This document shows, piece by piece, positions 50,501 to 60,112 of a stretch of 64,000 nucleotides of DNA; the stretch's first letter is position 1, and the number at the start of each line of letters is the position of its first letter. Where the stretch lies: IMG/VR virus record IMGVR_UViG_2585427757_000006, one strand, 5' to 3'. The notes under the pieces were generated by a model. That model made no database searches and was not told the origin of the DNA. It saw nothing but the letters and a program-made list of their open reading frames with translations. The DNA is from a virus. Lineage: Duplodnaviria > Heunggongvirae > Uroviricota > Caudoviricetes. The position numbers were made by a program, and so were the translations under genes.

Positions 50501-52290
50501 ACGCGCATAGGTTCGAGATCTGGTTCTGTAATTGTCCAGACACCGTTCAAAACAGGCGTTTCCGCTGACGACAGGGCTTTTGAAAACGTAACCTTTGTTA
50601 TGTTTTCGCCAGTTTCAAGAACATCGCGCTCAACGATTTTGCCTTCCTGATTCAATATCCGAATAAAGCTGCCGCTTTTAGCTAACGACACAGGCGCATC
50701 GAGAGTGATGCTGTTTTTGGTAAACTCCACAATTCGACCGGAGTTACGTTTACCTGCACGATATTTGTTCTGAATCAGAACGGTTTCACCAGGCATCAGA
50801 AATGAGGCGTCTAAGCCGGCAGTAAATGTAATTACATCCGACTCCATTCTGGCGGTATACAAAAGCCACAAACCAACTCGGTGAGCCTGGCCTCGGCTTG
50901 TACATCCAAATGCTACGACTTCTGTTTTACGCTCACCATAACGGCGCATTGCGTCCTGATCTTCAACGTATTCGATGTTTTGCTTATAACCGTCCTCCTT
51001 GTTGTTGTAGGTTACGAGCGCAACGGATGGGCGATCTTTACGCGCAGAACCTTTATAGGTAAACAGTCCATCTTTGACGTTGGAGTTGGTAAACATCATT
51101 ACCGGATCTGATGGGCTATCCTGCATGATGTTAACCATGCCACCAGCCCAAAACACCATGCCGCGGAATGCACCGGCAATATCCTGAATTAATCGGTATG
51201 CGTCTTGTCGACTGGTGATCTGCGTATTGATTGCAAAGCGTTTCTCTTTACCCCCAAAGCCATCATCGACCTCTTCGTCACAATATCGACCAATCTGGTA
51301 GAGCTGGCCGAGGTCAATCATGGATTCCGACACAAATTGCCCAAGACCATACCGAGTATTGGTAAGCAAATCGTAGAGAATCCACGCAGGGTTTGAAGAA
51401 GACAACAGCTTAAAAGTACCGTCCCATACGCCGACATAAGTATTGGTGTATTCGTTGTAGTTTGACGGTACTCGGATTTTGATACCGCGCACCAAATACG
51501 AACGGGAAGGCATTGTGCTACCAAACTGCTCTGAATTGACCTTCAAGCCAACAAGAGCAGAGTTAGGGTAGTTCATTGGCGTGTCGACAATCTCACCGAT
51601 GGAATCAACCCATGTGTCGTTGTAGAGGTACTGGCTACTATTATCATCTGTAAGACGAATCACCCTAACCTTGTATGCACGACCAGGCTTAGGCAGTTTC
51701 AGCTCATAGCTACGGTAATACACGCCGGTTTTCTTTGCCGTTAGCGTGATATCAACGCTTTTCTCACCTTCTGCCACTACATCAGAAAATGTTGCGTCTG
51801 CGTTGGCGATCTGGAATTTGTACTTCACCGTAGTGTCATTTGTATCGCCAGAGCTTTTATCAACGCTACGTAAAGAGGGGAATTTCATGATGACACGAAC
51901 GCGATCAGCTTCATCGTTATCGATTGAAACCGTAACGTCGTGGGTTTTTTTAAGGTGAATATTTACGGACTTAGGCGTTTCAACAAAATCAAAACCAGCC
52001 ATTGGCGTCTGGTCTTGTGAGCCGTCACGAAAATCCCATGTAATACCGCTGAAGTTGGAAGAGCCATCTTCATTCAAGATCGGTAAATCGTCGATGAAGA
52101 TCGACTTTGCGCCATTTACCAGGCCACCGATAACCCCCTCGCCAAGAAGGTCGAGGATGGCTGCCATAGCACGAGAATTGACAGTATCATCAGCTTCAAC
52201 CGGGGTACGGCTGGAGCTTTTACTTTTCTTGCCACCAGCACCGGCAATAAGAAGCGGTAATTTTTTCTTCTTGAACTGTTCCATGTCCAA
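47560..52290 (-). CDS. lambda J-like central tail fibre / host-specificity protein (1576 aa) with a long coiled-coil repeat array
   Basis: AFGCTSRGQAHRVGLWLLYT and FLTGKITSSELGQALLE align with lambda J as recalled; ~15 tandem ~25-aa repeats; J-like C-terminal block. Confidence 0.9.
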   Translation of the reverse strand: MDMEQFKKKKLPLLIAGAGGKKSKSSSRTPVEADDTVNSRAMAAILDLLGEGVIGGLVNGAKSIFIDDLPILNEDGSSNFSGITWDFRDGSQDQTPMAGFDFVETPKSVNIHLKKTHDVTVSIDNDEADRVRVIMKFPSLRSVDKSSGDTNDTTVKYKFQIANADATFSDVVAEGEKSVDITLTAKKTGVYYRSYELKLPKPGRAYKVRVIRLTDDNSSQYLYNDTWVDSIGEIVDTPMNYPNSALVGLKVNSEQFGSTMPSRSYLVRGIKIRVPSNYNEYTNTYVGVWDGTFKLLSSSNPAWILYDLLTNTRYGLGQFVSESMIDLGQLYQIGRYCDEEVDDGFGGKEKRFAINTQITSRQDAYRLIQDIAGAFRGMVFWAGGMVNIMQDSPSDPVMMFTNSNVKDGLFTYKGSARKDRPSVALVTYNNKEDGYKQNIEYVEDQDAMRRYGERKTEVVAFGCTSRGQAHRVGLWLLYTARMESDVITFTAGLDASFLMPGETVLIQNKYRAGKRNSGRIVEFTKNSITLDAPVSLAKSGSFIRILNQEGKIVERDVLETGENITKVTFSKALSSAETPVLNGVWTITEPDLEPMRVRIVNIAQGETSGSFDITAVENNPSKYEAIDNGATLIPQNTTVLDPTYSKPSNLQITEGTYLSSPGNLSVKLTATWEGKSPEYWISWRRSDENNVSNWQSARVTEEQYEIVNVAENGRYDFQLYAVSFNGKKTEIISTVYQVLGTMTPPDAPTSLTAVGDYRNVILNWVNPDSVDLDHINVYASQTNNLDTAKLIAESASTTFTHAGLGDSETWYYWVRASNKRGMLSPPNSNLGTEATTRDVLSFLTGKITSSELGQALLEDINSKVSQEAVDELNEHINQSVESLEGSVNDVKEDIAELDKQFSDNLAGFEIKFNERSDALENAQTELKGEVSATIDKVNEAFEKIDATDAAIVEIENTVSEHDKALANTVEAIKAARDEAAALIAKESEARVEGDAANAKQLEVLQSTVEESSAAVEEMKKTVAEVDRASAELTTNIEALAKTNIDLALRQDEDQHKQMVNNAKIATTQKTFADDMSAMATKVEEIRVEIGEDIKASILEESTARADGDEALAKRVTQLQSKFEGDISAAISTEQEARTSADEALTTQITQLESKVSNDIVAAIKEEQEARVTEDSALASQITQLQAKVDDDISAAIRSEQEARASGDSALAKQINQLQSKVDGDISAAITQEQEARASADQALSREINSLRAQTGTDIAAAVAVETKARTDADSALSTQITSLTAKANDLKASLARETTARADGDTALTKEVSSLKAQTAKDISAAVAVETQARTDADSALSSQITKLTSQYKEDIKAAVATETKTRTEQDAALATQITNLESQTAANISAAVTTETKARTQADNALSGRIDTLKAEVNGNTATIQQQATAIADTNKKVSTAWTLKMETSTSGGQKYVAGIALGIDTTGLSQFLVQADRFGLVNSVNGKITTPFVIENSIAYMNGAYIKDGTITNAKVGDLQSTNFVSGRSGWRFGKNGTLEINGNSGGNGRLVINGQRIDVYDDNNVLRVRIGRL

Positions 52291-52301
52291 AAAATCCTTG
52301 A

Positions 52302-52892
52302 TTACATAAGCTGGTCGATGGTGATAGAAGAACTCACGACCTGTGAGCCAACTAAAATTTCCTCGCCATAGATAAGCTGTACAGGGTTCCCCTGGTTTGT
52401 TGTGTTTTGAGGTCCATCAAAGTAATAAGAGTTCGAGTTATCCGCCTGCCTCACACTTTCGTTAGTGGCTTGCGGAGATATGATTTGCGCTATACCGCCC
52501 ATCATCAGTGACAAACCGAGAGGCGCAAGAGCGGGCACCCATATCGAGGCAACCATTAATACTGCTCCAACAACCGTCTGAAACCATCCAAAAGCAGATC
52601 CACCGCTTCCTCGCGGAACAGGTGTAATGCGGATTTTGGCTATGTTGTCAGACTGCCCCATCATCTGATATTCACTCTCGTCCACAGACCACTTGTGGCC
52701 CTGTTTATTGGTGATCTGGATGTGGTATCTGTCATAGGTTTTGATGTTGCGCTTCATCCATGCTTTAAACCCAGGCTTGTTGGCCTCAATTAAATCCAGA
52801 GCCTGTTTTGTATTGCGCACCTTTAGATGCCAGTGGCGGCCAAAATGTTTGGCCATAGGACCGCCAAGCTGCACATGAACTAACTCAGACAC
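52302..52892 (-). CDS. tail assembly protein I-like
   Basis: ITPVPRGSGGSAFGWFQTVVGAV and QGNPVQLIYGEEILVGSQVV resemble lambda gpI. Confidence 0.8.
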   Translation of the reverse strand: MSELVHVQLGGPMAKHFGRHWHLKVRNTKQALDLIEANKPGFKAWMKRNIKTYDRYHIQITNKQGHKWSVDESEYQMMGQSDNIAKIRITPVPRGSGGSAFGWFQTVVGAVLMVASIWVPALAPLGLSLMMGGIAQIISPQATNESVRQADNSNSYYFDGPQNTTNQGNPVQLIYGEEILVGSQVVSSSITIDQLM

Positions 52893-53704
52893 GTCTCATC
52901 TCCCTTGAGCAAGTCTCTGTGACGCAAGTGATGCGTCGTATGTTTCTGATACATCCCGCCGTAATAAGCACGACAACTAAGGCGGTCGATCTGGTGATGA
53001 AGAATCATTCCATCGCCGATATAAACCGCACAGTGGTCAGGCATTTTTCCGTATTGGATAAAGAAGACGTCCCCACGTTGAGGTTCTGTCCCGGGCGCAA
53101 GCCGTACCAATCCTTCGTTTCGGTAGTTCTGGTCGAGAATGTCGTTATCGCCGGTGTACCACGATGGAATATGCAGGTGTGCGTTCGGGTTTAGTTCGAC
53201 GTTAAACTCACGCTTCAAATAGTCCCGACACAACATCCAGCAATCGAATACGCCAAATACATACGGTCTGCCCAGGTATGGCATTTCGAAACCATCAGGT
53301 GTGATCACATTCATCTCGCTAAAATGGAAAGGGGCATCTCCCTCAACATTCTTGCGAATAGCCAGAATCATCCACGGAACTTCCGTCGCTTCGCAGCCTG
53401 CACGATCGGCATCAGATGCTTCTGCTGATTCATCAGTATGTGAATGCCAGATTGCGATTACGTCACCTGCATCCTCTGCCGCTATAATGTCGTCAACGTG
53501 CATTACAAAAGTGTTCTGCGGGTTCTCCGAAACATTTCGCGCTTCCATAAAGCGATATTTGTCGCCATTAGTTCTCACCAGAAAGCCACACGCTTCATTA
53601 GGGTAGCGATTTATGGCGCAGAGATAGATTTGCTGCATAACATCAGAGCCAAGCTCAGGGATTGCTTTATTACCCATATCGCGTAGCTCCAATAAACCCG
53701 CCAA
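52880..53704 (-). CDS. tail tip assembly protein K-like (JAB/MPN plus NlpC/P60 domains)
   Basis: EACGFLV...AIWHSHT (JAB metal site) and GVFDCWMLCRDYL (NlpC/P60 Cys). Confidence 0.85.
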   Translation of the reverse strand: MAGLLELRDMGNKAIPELGSDVMQQIYLCAINRYPNEACGFLVRTNGDKYRFMEARNVSENPQNTFVMHVDDIIAAEDAGDVIAIWHSHTDESAEASDADRAGCEATEVPWMILAIRKNVEGDAPFHFSEMNVITPDGFEMPYLGRPYVFGVFDCWMLCRDYLKREFNVELNPNAHLHIPSWYTGDNDILDQNYRNEGLVRLAPGTEPQRGDVFFIQYGKMPDHCAVYIGDGMILHHQIDRLSCRAYYGGMYQKHTTHHLRHRDLLKGDETCLS

Positions 53705-54368
53705 AATGGATCACTCCGTTGGCAAAATAATTCCGACGCGCATTACAGGCGTCATAACGTTTTGTGCAGTAATCAGCACCAGACATAGACGTCTGCTGGT
53801 TATTTTTGTCGAAATATGGACCGGTATAGCCGCATTCTGGCCCTCGGTATTTCCACGGGCAGGTGTTTTTAATGATCTGACGATACGGCAGTTGCACCCC
53901 CATCAAATCGAACACACTGGACAACTCAAACTCGACAACCTGATGAGTTTCGAGCGTTTTCTGTTCGATAAACCACATTTCATCCGGGAAATGTTGGTTT
54001 GGATCTGCTGTTGGGTTGCCGTCTTTAAAATTAACGGCATCGAGGAAGCGAGCCAGCGTCATCTTGCGAATAATGCGGCAGCCAACAAGATCGTCGTTCG
54101 CCTGAACTTCCGCAGAGACGGTTCCGGCAAAGTTCGATACCTGAATTTTTGGACGTGGCAACGTTCCCTGGCCAGTTTTGTCAAAGCCTGATGCTTTGAT
54201 TGGCCACGGCTCGTATGTCACTCCTTGCCAGACGACCGGTTGCATCAGTTCGTTTGTTCCGGCGTGGAAGAATAGCTTCCCCCCTGAAGTTGTGTTCGAC
54301 ATATCCAGTACGAACAACTCAATGAGTGCAGAGGGAGATAAGCTCTGAATATCAGCTTTAATTCCCAT
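53670..54368 (-). CDS. minor tail protein L-like
   Basis: ARFLDAVNFKDGNPTADP and CPWKYRGPECGY resemble lambda gpL. Confidence 0.85.
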   Translation of the reverse strand: MGIKADIQSLSPSALIELFVLDMSNTTSGGKLFFHAGTNELMQPVVWQGVTYEPWPIKASGFDKTGQGTLPRPKIQVSNFAGTVSAEVQANDDLVGCRIIRKMTLARFLDAVNFKDGNPTADPNQHFPDEMWFIEQKTLETHQVVEFELSSVFDLMGVQLPYRQIIKNTCPWKYRGPECGYTGPYFDKNNQQTSMSGADYCTKRYDACNARRNYFANGVIHFGGFIGATRYG

Positions 54369-54450
54369 TGTTTCATCCTTGATATAAGTAGGCGCTAAAA
54401 TCCTGTTAGCGCCACAATGATAGTAAATTAGTACTTACTTATCCAGATGC

Positions 54451-54786
54451 TTAAGCCTCAAATACTTGTCTGAATGTAGCAGTTAAGACACAGTACCCCT
54501 GATATCGCTTGACCGTATGACTGTCACATACAACTACAATCTGCTTGCCTCTTGGATTAACCCAATAGAACGATTCAACACCTGATCGCTCAGTCAGGAA
54601 ATCATCGATTGCATTAATTTCGTTGTATGATCTGGTAAAGGTTAACGACCATTCTTCTTTAATACGATTAAGACCTTGAGCCTGTCGCTGCTCGTAGTCA
54701 TCACCAAAATTAAGTACCGTTACATTCGGTTTTACGCTCTTTTCAGATTCGTAATCTGGATACCAATTAAACGTTTGTCTTTCCAT
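54451..54786 (-). CDS. minor tail protein M-like
   Basis: 111 aa, FGDDYEQRQAQGLN as in lambda gpM; position between tape measure and L. Confidence 0.75.
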   Translation of the reverse strand: MERQTFNWYPDYESEKSVKPNVTVLNFGDDYEQRQAQGLNRIKEEWSLTFTRSYNEINAIDDFLTERSGVESFYWVNPRGKQIVVVCDSHTVKRYQGYCVLTATFRQVFEA

Positions 54787-54828
54787 CTCACATCCTTGTG
54801 AGACTGCCCCGGTCGGGGCAGTCGATAG

Positions 54829-57800
54829 TTAGTTACGTTGAGTGTTTGGGTTGAGTGATCCGCCAGGGCGTTTCTCTTGAGCGATAGTCTCAAGCGCGAT
54901 TGCTTTCATCCGTTGAGCGGCATTGTTCCATATGCTTTCTGTATCGCCGGATTCTGTCGTGCTACCGTCACTATGGACGTTGATCTCAATTGATACAGGA
55001 GAAAGAACATTTCCGCCTCCACTCATACCATCGGTACTGAGCGTTACAGGGATTGTTCGACCATCAGGCAATGGAACATACGCCTCATTCATATCGCCTT
55101 CCCCAAACAACGCCAATTGAGGTGAGTTAGCAATACCGCCTTTCTGGTATGCCCGGAGCGGGATCACGCCGTCTTTTCCGAATATTCCTCCATTTGCAAA
55201 CTTCGGGATTGCAGGAATGCCTTTAGTTCCGTCAGCCACACTGCTGGTTGCGGTTTTAGCAGAGCTTGATGTCACGCTGTCGAAACCACCGCCAGCCCAA
55301 GCTGAAACAAGACCAGATGCAACCGTTGCTCCAAAACTCAACCACTTATTACCAGAGCCGGAAGCATTAGCTCCAAGCATTGCAAACGCGGCAGACAGCG
55401 CGCCGGTAACAGAGCTGAGGTTCTGCATCGAGAAGATGGAGTCCTTCACGGCTTTTGTCTCGGCATCTTTGGCTTCAGTGCTATCAAATAGCCCCGATAC
55501 CCAGCTACCAATCGCATTTGTTGCAGTGCCAATTGCGCTGGTGGTCTGCTGTGTTGTTTGCCCCAATCCAGTTACCGAACTGGACGTCTCCTTCGTGGCT
55601 TCTCCTACCGACTTGTCGCCGTTAACAGTGTTGCCCATTCGTACCCCTTGATTGGCAACGGCGGAAGCAACCCCGGTCAGCAAATTACCACTCTGTGAAC
55701 TACCAGCTGCGGTGGTTCCCATCCCCAACATGTTCATTAGAGGCAGCGTGATCTGCGACTTCACGACCATATTGGTGATATCTTTCAAAATGGACTGAGA
55801 TAGGCTGGAGAAGCTCATCTTCCCGTTAATAACGAAATCAGTCAGGACATCAGTTAAGCCACTAAACAAATCAGTCCAGGTGCTTTCGATCTGCTCTGCC
55901 AGGTTTTCGTATTCCAGTGCCAACTTCTGCGTCGCAGTCCCCGTCTCTTTAATAAGCGCGGTATTGCCAGCAGCAATCAGTTGATTGATTTTCTTTGTAT
56001 AAAGCGCCACAACTTTAGGATCAGACGCCTTATCACGAAGTTCTATCAACGCTTTGAGATTGCGGTTGTAGGTGTCTTCGAAATCAGCAACTTTCTCTTC
56101 ACGAGACGGCGTATAGCCAGCACTAATAATGGAATCCGCCTCCGGTGCCCAAGTGGAGATCATCTGCTCAACATTGCGGCGATTAAACATCTCGCGATAT
56201 TCAGGTGTCGCATTTTTGAGGTCTTCAAGACGTTTTTTCGCCTTGTCGATCATCTCTTGAGTGATGAACTCGTTAGGAACCGCATTAGCCAAATCCGTCA
56301 GCGATTTCGTTGTATCGCGTAGAGACTGATCAAACGATACCGTAGCCTTAGAGCTTTCACCCATTTGCCCCATAAGCTGATCGGCTTTATCCAGAGCCTT
56401 CTGGTATCCGGCTGCCAGTTTCTGTTGCGCTGCCTGTTCTTTCTTGGCCGCACGCTGCGAGGCATTAGCTGATCGTTGGGCTGCTTTCTCGGCGGCTGCG
56501 GCATCCTGTTCACGAGCTTTAGTCAGTGCGGCAATGGCTGCGGTACGCTCTTCATCGCTCATTTTCTCCAGAGAGCTGGCACTGGATGCTTTCTGCAAAT
56601 TAAGCTGCGTCTTGAGTTGTTTAGGCCCAATAATCGGCTTACCTTCGAAGTCCATCATCGGAGTGCCGTCAGGCAAAGTACGTTGATAAGTCGCAGAATC
56701 CATCTGGTTTCGCATGTATTGCGCCAGCGCCTTCTGAGCAGCTTTATCAGTTGTACCTAACCCAAGAACAGTCCCCTGGTTTGACATTACGCCCTTACCA
56801 GTTTTGGCCGCGTTATCTCTCTCGAACTCTGCCTGAGTAAGTTCCTGAGCAACGGCTTCCAAATGCTCCTGATAACCACGAATACTGCCTTGCAGTTTCT
56901 GGATTTGCTCGGTATTGCCATCCTTTTTGGCTTTTTCAAGCTGATCATTAAGAGTCGCAATTTGCTTCTCGGTCGCATTCTTACGAGAAGAAAGTGAATC
57001 AACCAGTTTTTGCGCAGGCTCCAGATAGCTTTTGTTTACCGTTTCACGTAACGGTGCCAATAGCTTGTTCTTTTCGTCATCTGAAAGTGAACCGTCATCA
57101 TTGATTTTCTGGATCTTATCCAGAGCCTCCTGCCGGGCTTTCACGAATGTTGCCGCGAAAATCTGGTTTTCCGCTCGAATTTTCTCAATCTGAGATTCGG
57201 CAGCCTCTTTAGCCAAACGCTTTGCTACAGCGCCGTCACCAAGAGCTATCGTGCCGGTTATCTTTTGATACTCTTCCTGATTTTTTTTCAGGCGTGCTTC
57301 GATGTCAGCCTTCGACTCTTTGTGAGTAATAACACCGGCAGAGTTAGATACGTAATTAACACCCTCACCAGTTTTTAATGCTCGTTGATCAGCAAGAATC
57401 TGCTTTTCGAGCTTTTCTGCGCGGTCGGCCATTTGTGCACGTTTGGCCGCTGTCATCGCTTCTGGTATTTTCCTAATCTCGTCAACGACCTTTGAAGTTT
57501 CGCTGCGGAGCATGGTCATGTACGTGATTAGGCCAGCAACAGCTACAGTGGCAACTGTAAATGCTGCCCCTATAGGGTTTGCTACAATGAACGCCGTTAA
57601 TCCAGCAAAAGCGCCTTTAAGCCCCGTAATCGCCCCACGGATGGCGAAAATAAGAGAGGGGATCGGAGCCAGCCCCATACGTGCCGCACGATTGAATCGA
57701 GTTACTGCTGTAGCGCCGAGGTTAAATGGAGTCTGTATGGCGGTCGCCATCGTGGCAAAGGTGCTAACCATCTGGCTCCCAGCGCCAACTACCCCCATGA

Positions 57801-59403
57801 TCCCTGCTCGCATCAGTTTGAACGCAACCATCGCGGCCACGACCTTACCGAGATTAATTACCAGCTCTTGGTTCTTTGCTAACCATTGAGCAAGCTGACG
57901 CAACCCATCGATTGCCGTTGTTAACCCCGAACCTAAAGAATTGGCAAACGAAATCCCTTCGGCGCTATTCATGATTGAAGCCAGTTCTTTCATCCCCTTC
58001 GATAGAGAATCCAGATATCCGGCCTGACCAACCCGATCAGCAAATAACGTGAATGACGTCTGAAGTTGCGCCAGCGCACCTGTGTAGGTTTGCATCATGT
58101 CTTTCGCTGCGTTCTCATTCTCCGCACGCAGACCAACAAACATCAGAGACAACGCCTGTTTTGCCTCAACCGTACCGCTGGCAACGGCTTTAGTCAGTTC
58201 CCCCATAGTGATGCCTGCGGCGTCTGCCATTGCCTGCATCGCGTTAGGAACGGCTTCACCTAATTGCTGACGTAGCTCTTCCATTGACACGACGCCCTTA
58301 CCGGACATCTGCTGAACGGCCACAGCCGCACGTTTCAACAGCTCACTATCACCACCAAAACGAGCAACGGAGTCCACCAGCGCCTTCAGAGAACCATCGG
58401 TTGGATCTAAGCCAGCAGAACGAAACTTCACGAAGGAGTCTGTTAACGCCTGCATCGCGAACGGCGCATTTTGAGCCATGTCTACGATGTACTTCATATC
58501 ATCAGCGGCAGCCTGGCCCGGGTTGGACTTCTCCTTATTCAACCCTCGAAGCATCACCCGCATACGTTCCATTTCGGCCGCAGCTTCAACAATAGGCTTC
58601 TGCCACCCAAACATGATGTCAGTAACCGTTCTGGCTGCATCTCCGATCTCGCCAAGCAGGAAAATGTTGCCACGAAGGCCAGAGAACATACCTTCTTCGT
58701 TACTTTTACCGCTATGGCCAGAAGCGCCGCTACGCCGCCCGCCACCACCATCGCCACTTCCAGATGTACGAACGCGTACCGGCTTGCTAATCAGTTGCTG
58801 ACGTCCGATAACTTCGTCCATCTGCTCACGAACCTTTTTCAGTCCCTCGGCAGCCTGACTCGTTGTGACACCCCAATTACTGAGTCGCTTCGTCGTGGTA
58901 TTAAGGCGCGTATTCATGCCACTCACGGACGCAGAGGCTTCTTTGACCTCCGTACCAAAGCGGCTTGCGCTTTTGCTTGCATAGGTCGCCCAATCAGAGA
59001 AATCATTTAGCTCTGATTGCACTTTACGTAATGACGCGGTGAGTTTATCTACTGAAGAAGTTGTCGTATCGACGCGCTCAATCAGGGCTTTAAGACCAGA
59101 ATTGAGGCTGGTGATGTTGCCACGCATTTTACGCGTAGCATCTGAAGCAAGCTCAAAACCGGCAGCTACATCCTGTAGTTTATCTGCCGTAGAATCGAGC
59201 TTGCTTTCCAGAACGCCAATGATACGGGCGACCGAACCCAAAGAGCGTTCAAAGGTTTGGATTTTTTGAGCAGGCTTTGTTACCTGCTCACCAAATCGAG
59301 TAAGCAGTTTCCCCGCACGATCGATTGACGCTGTAAACTGTTTGTCTTCCAGCGACAGGATAAACTCTACGTTTTGTGACATTCCCTTGTCATCCTCTGC
59401 CAA
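54829..59403 (-). CDS. tail tape measure protein (1524 aa)
   Basis: Size, position after G/T chaperone genes, long helical Ala/Gln/Lys-rich body, hydrophobic segments. Confidence 0.85.
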   Translation of the reverse strand: MAEDDKGMSQNVEFILSLEDKQFTASIDRAGKLLTRFGEQVTKPAQKIQTFERSLGSVARIIGVLESKLDSTADKLQDVAAGFELASDATRKMRGNITSLNSGLKALIERVDTTTSSVDKLTASLRKVQSELNDFSDWATYASKSASRFGTEVKEASASVSGMNTRLNTTTKRLSNWGVTTSQAAEGLKKVREQMDEVIGRQQLISKPVRVRTSGSGDGGGGRRSGASGHSGKSNEEGMFSGLRGNIFLLGEIGDAARTVTDIMFGWQKPIVEAAAEMERMRVMLRGLNKEKSNPGQAAADDMKYIVDMAQNAPFAMQALTDSFVKFRSAGLDPTDGSLKALVDSVARFGGDSELLKRAAVAVQQMSGKGVVSMEELRQQLGEAVPNAMQAMADAAGITMGELTKAVASGTVEAKQALSLMFVGLRAENENAAKDMMQTYTGALAQLQTSFTLFADRVGQAGYLDSLSKGMKELASIMNSAEGISFANSLGSGLTTAIDGLRQLAQWLAKNQELVINLGKVVAAMVAFKLMRAGIMGVVGAGSQMVSTFATMATAIQTPFNLGATAVTRFNRAARMGLAPIPSLIFAIRGAITGLKGAFAGLTAFIVANPIGAAFTVATVAVAGLITYMTMLRSETSKVVDEIRKIPEAMTAAKRAQMADRAEKLEKQILADQRALKTGEGVNYVSNSAGVITHKESKADIEARLKKNQEEYQKITGTIALGDGAVAKRLAKEAAESQIEKIRAENQIFAATFVKARQEALDKIQKINDDGSLSDDEKNKLLAPLRETVNKSYLEPAQKLVDSLSSRKNATEKQIATLNDQLEKAKKDGNTEQIQKLQGSIRGYQEHLEAVAQELTQAEFERDNAAKTGKGVMSNQGTVLGLGTTDKAAQKALAQYMRNQMDSATYQRTLPDGTPMMDFEGKPIIGPKQLKTQLNLQKASSASSLEKMSDEERTAAIAALTKAREQDAAAAEKAAQRSANASQRAAKKEQAAQQKLAAGYQKALDKADQLMGQMGESSKATVSFDQSLRDTTKSLTDLANAVPNEFITQEMIDKAKKRLEDLKNATPEYREMFNRRNVEQMISTWAPEADSIISAGYTPSREEKVADFEDTYNRNLKALIELRDKASDPKVVALYTKKINQLIAAGNTALIKETGTATQKLALEYENLAEQIESTWTDLFSGLTDVLTDFVINGKMSFSSLSQSILKDITNMVVKSQITLPLMNMLGMGTTAAGSSQSGNLLTGVASAVANQGVRMGNTVNGDKSVGEATKETSSSVTGLGQTTQQTTSAIGTATNAIGSWVSGLFDSTEAKDAETKAVKDSIFSMQNLSSVTGALSAAFAMLGANASGSGNKWLSFGATVASGLVSAWAGGGFDSVTSSSAKTATSSVADGTKGIPAIPKFANGGIFGKDGVIPLRAYQKGGIANSPQLALFGEGDMNEAYVPLPDGRTIPVTLSTDGMSGGGNVLSPVSIEINVHSDGSTTESGDTESIWNNAAQRMKAIALETIAQEKRPGGSLNPNTQRN

Positions 59404-59659
59404 ATATTTGCATCAGTTGCTCTTTGGCGTCAGGGTCTGCCTTATCCTGGCTTGGATCGTAGACTTTATCTGTTACGACTGGTCTTCCAATCCTGAGTTG
59501 CAAACCCTCCATGAACGCCTTCACAGCCTCGCCATCCGCCTGGGACGCACGAGCGACTTGTAAGTTGCGGACATCCTCTTCCGCACGCAGACGGTCTATA
59601 TTGCGACTGAGCATCCAGAACATCGTGAGAGGAACGTTCAGTAGCTCTAATGGCGACAC
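59390..59659 (-). CDS. tail assembly chaperone T-like segment (probably expressed as a G-T frameshift fusion)
   Basis: Frame stays open upstream across the G stop codon in the -1 frame (hand-checked). Confidence 0.5.
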   Translation of the reverse strand: MSPLELLNVPLTMFWMLSRNIDRLRAEEDVRNLQVARASQADGEAVKAFMEGLQLRIGRPVVTDKVYDPSQDKADPDAKEQLMQIFGRG

Positions 59660-59739
59660 GGCGTAGTGAGCAACTACACGACTGAAATAGAATCCGAGAT
59701 CTATTGAGACGGTCCTTGTCCCGGATTCATCGCGGGAAA

Positions 59740-60057
59740 TTACTTTGCCCCTTCGCCAGCCGCTTTTTCGTTTTCTTCATCAATCACTTCCATAGCGAAG
59801 GTGAAGATCTGCTGGAGTTGCGGAACGGTCAGTTTTTCAAGAACTTCATCAGGTACTGAAGGGATAACCTTACGAACCAGATCTGCATAAGCTGTCACTT
59901 GCTCAACAGGAGACATGTTCATGAGATCTTTGCCTTCCATCTGCTTGATGGAAACGAACAGACCTACCGTCATTTCAACGATGGGATATTCCTGACCGCC
60001 AAATTTGATGCTTTTCTTCGGAGGCAGAATGGAATCTAGATCGAGTAATTTGGTCAT
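59740..60057 (-). CDS. tail assembly chaperone G-like
   Basis: 105 aa, acidic C-terminus, between major tail protein and tape measure. Confidence 0.6.
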   Translation of the reverse strand: MTKLLDLDSILPPKKSIKFGGQEYPIVEMTVGLFVSIKQMEGKDLMNMSPVEQVTAYADLVRKVIPSVPDEVLEKLTVPQLQQIFTFAMEVIDEENEKAAGEGAK

Positions 60058-60112
60058 TGGTTAAAATCCTTTTAAAAGAGAGGCCCATCCTGAGCCTCTG
60101 CTTAATTACTGA

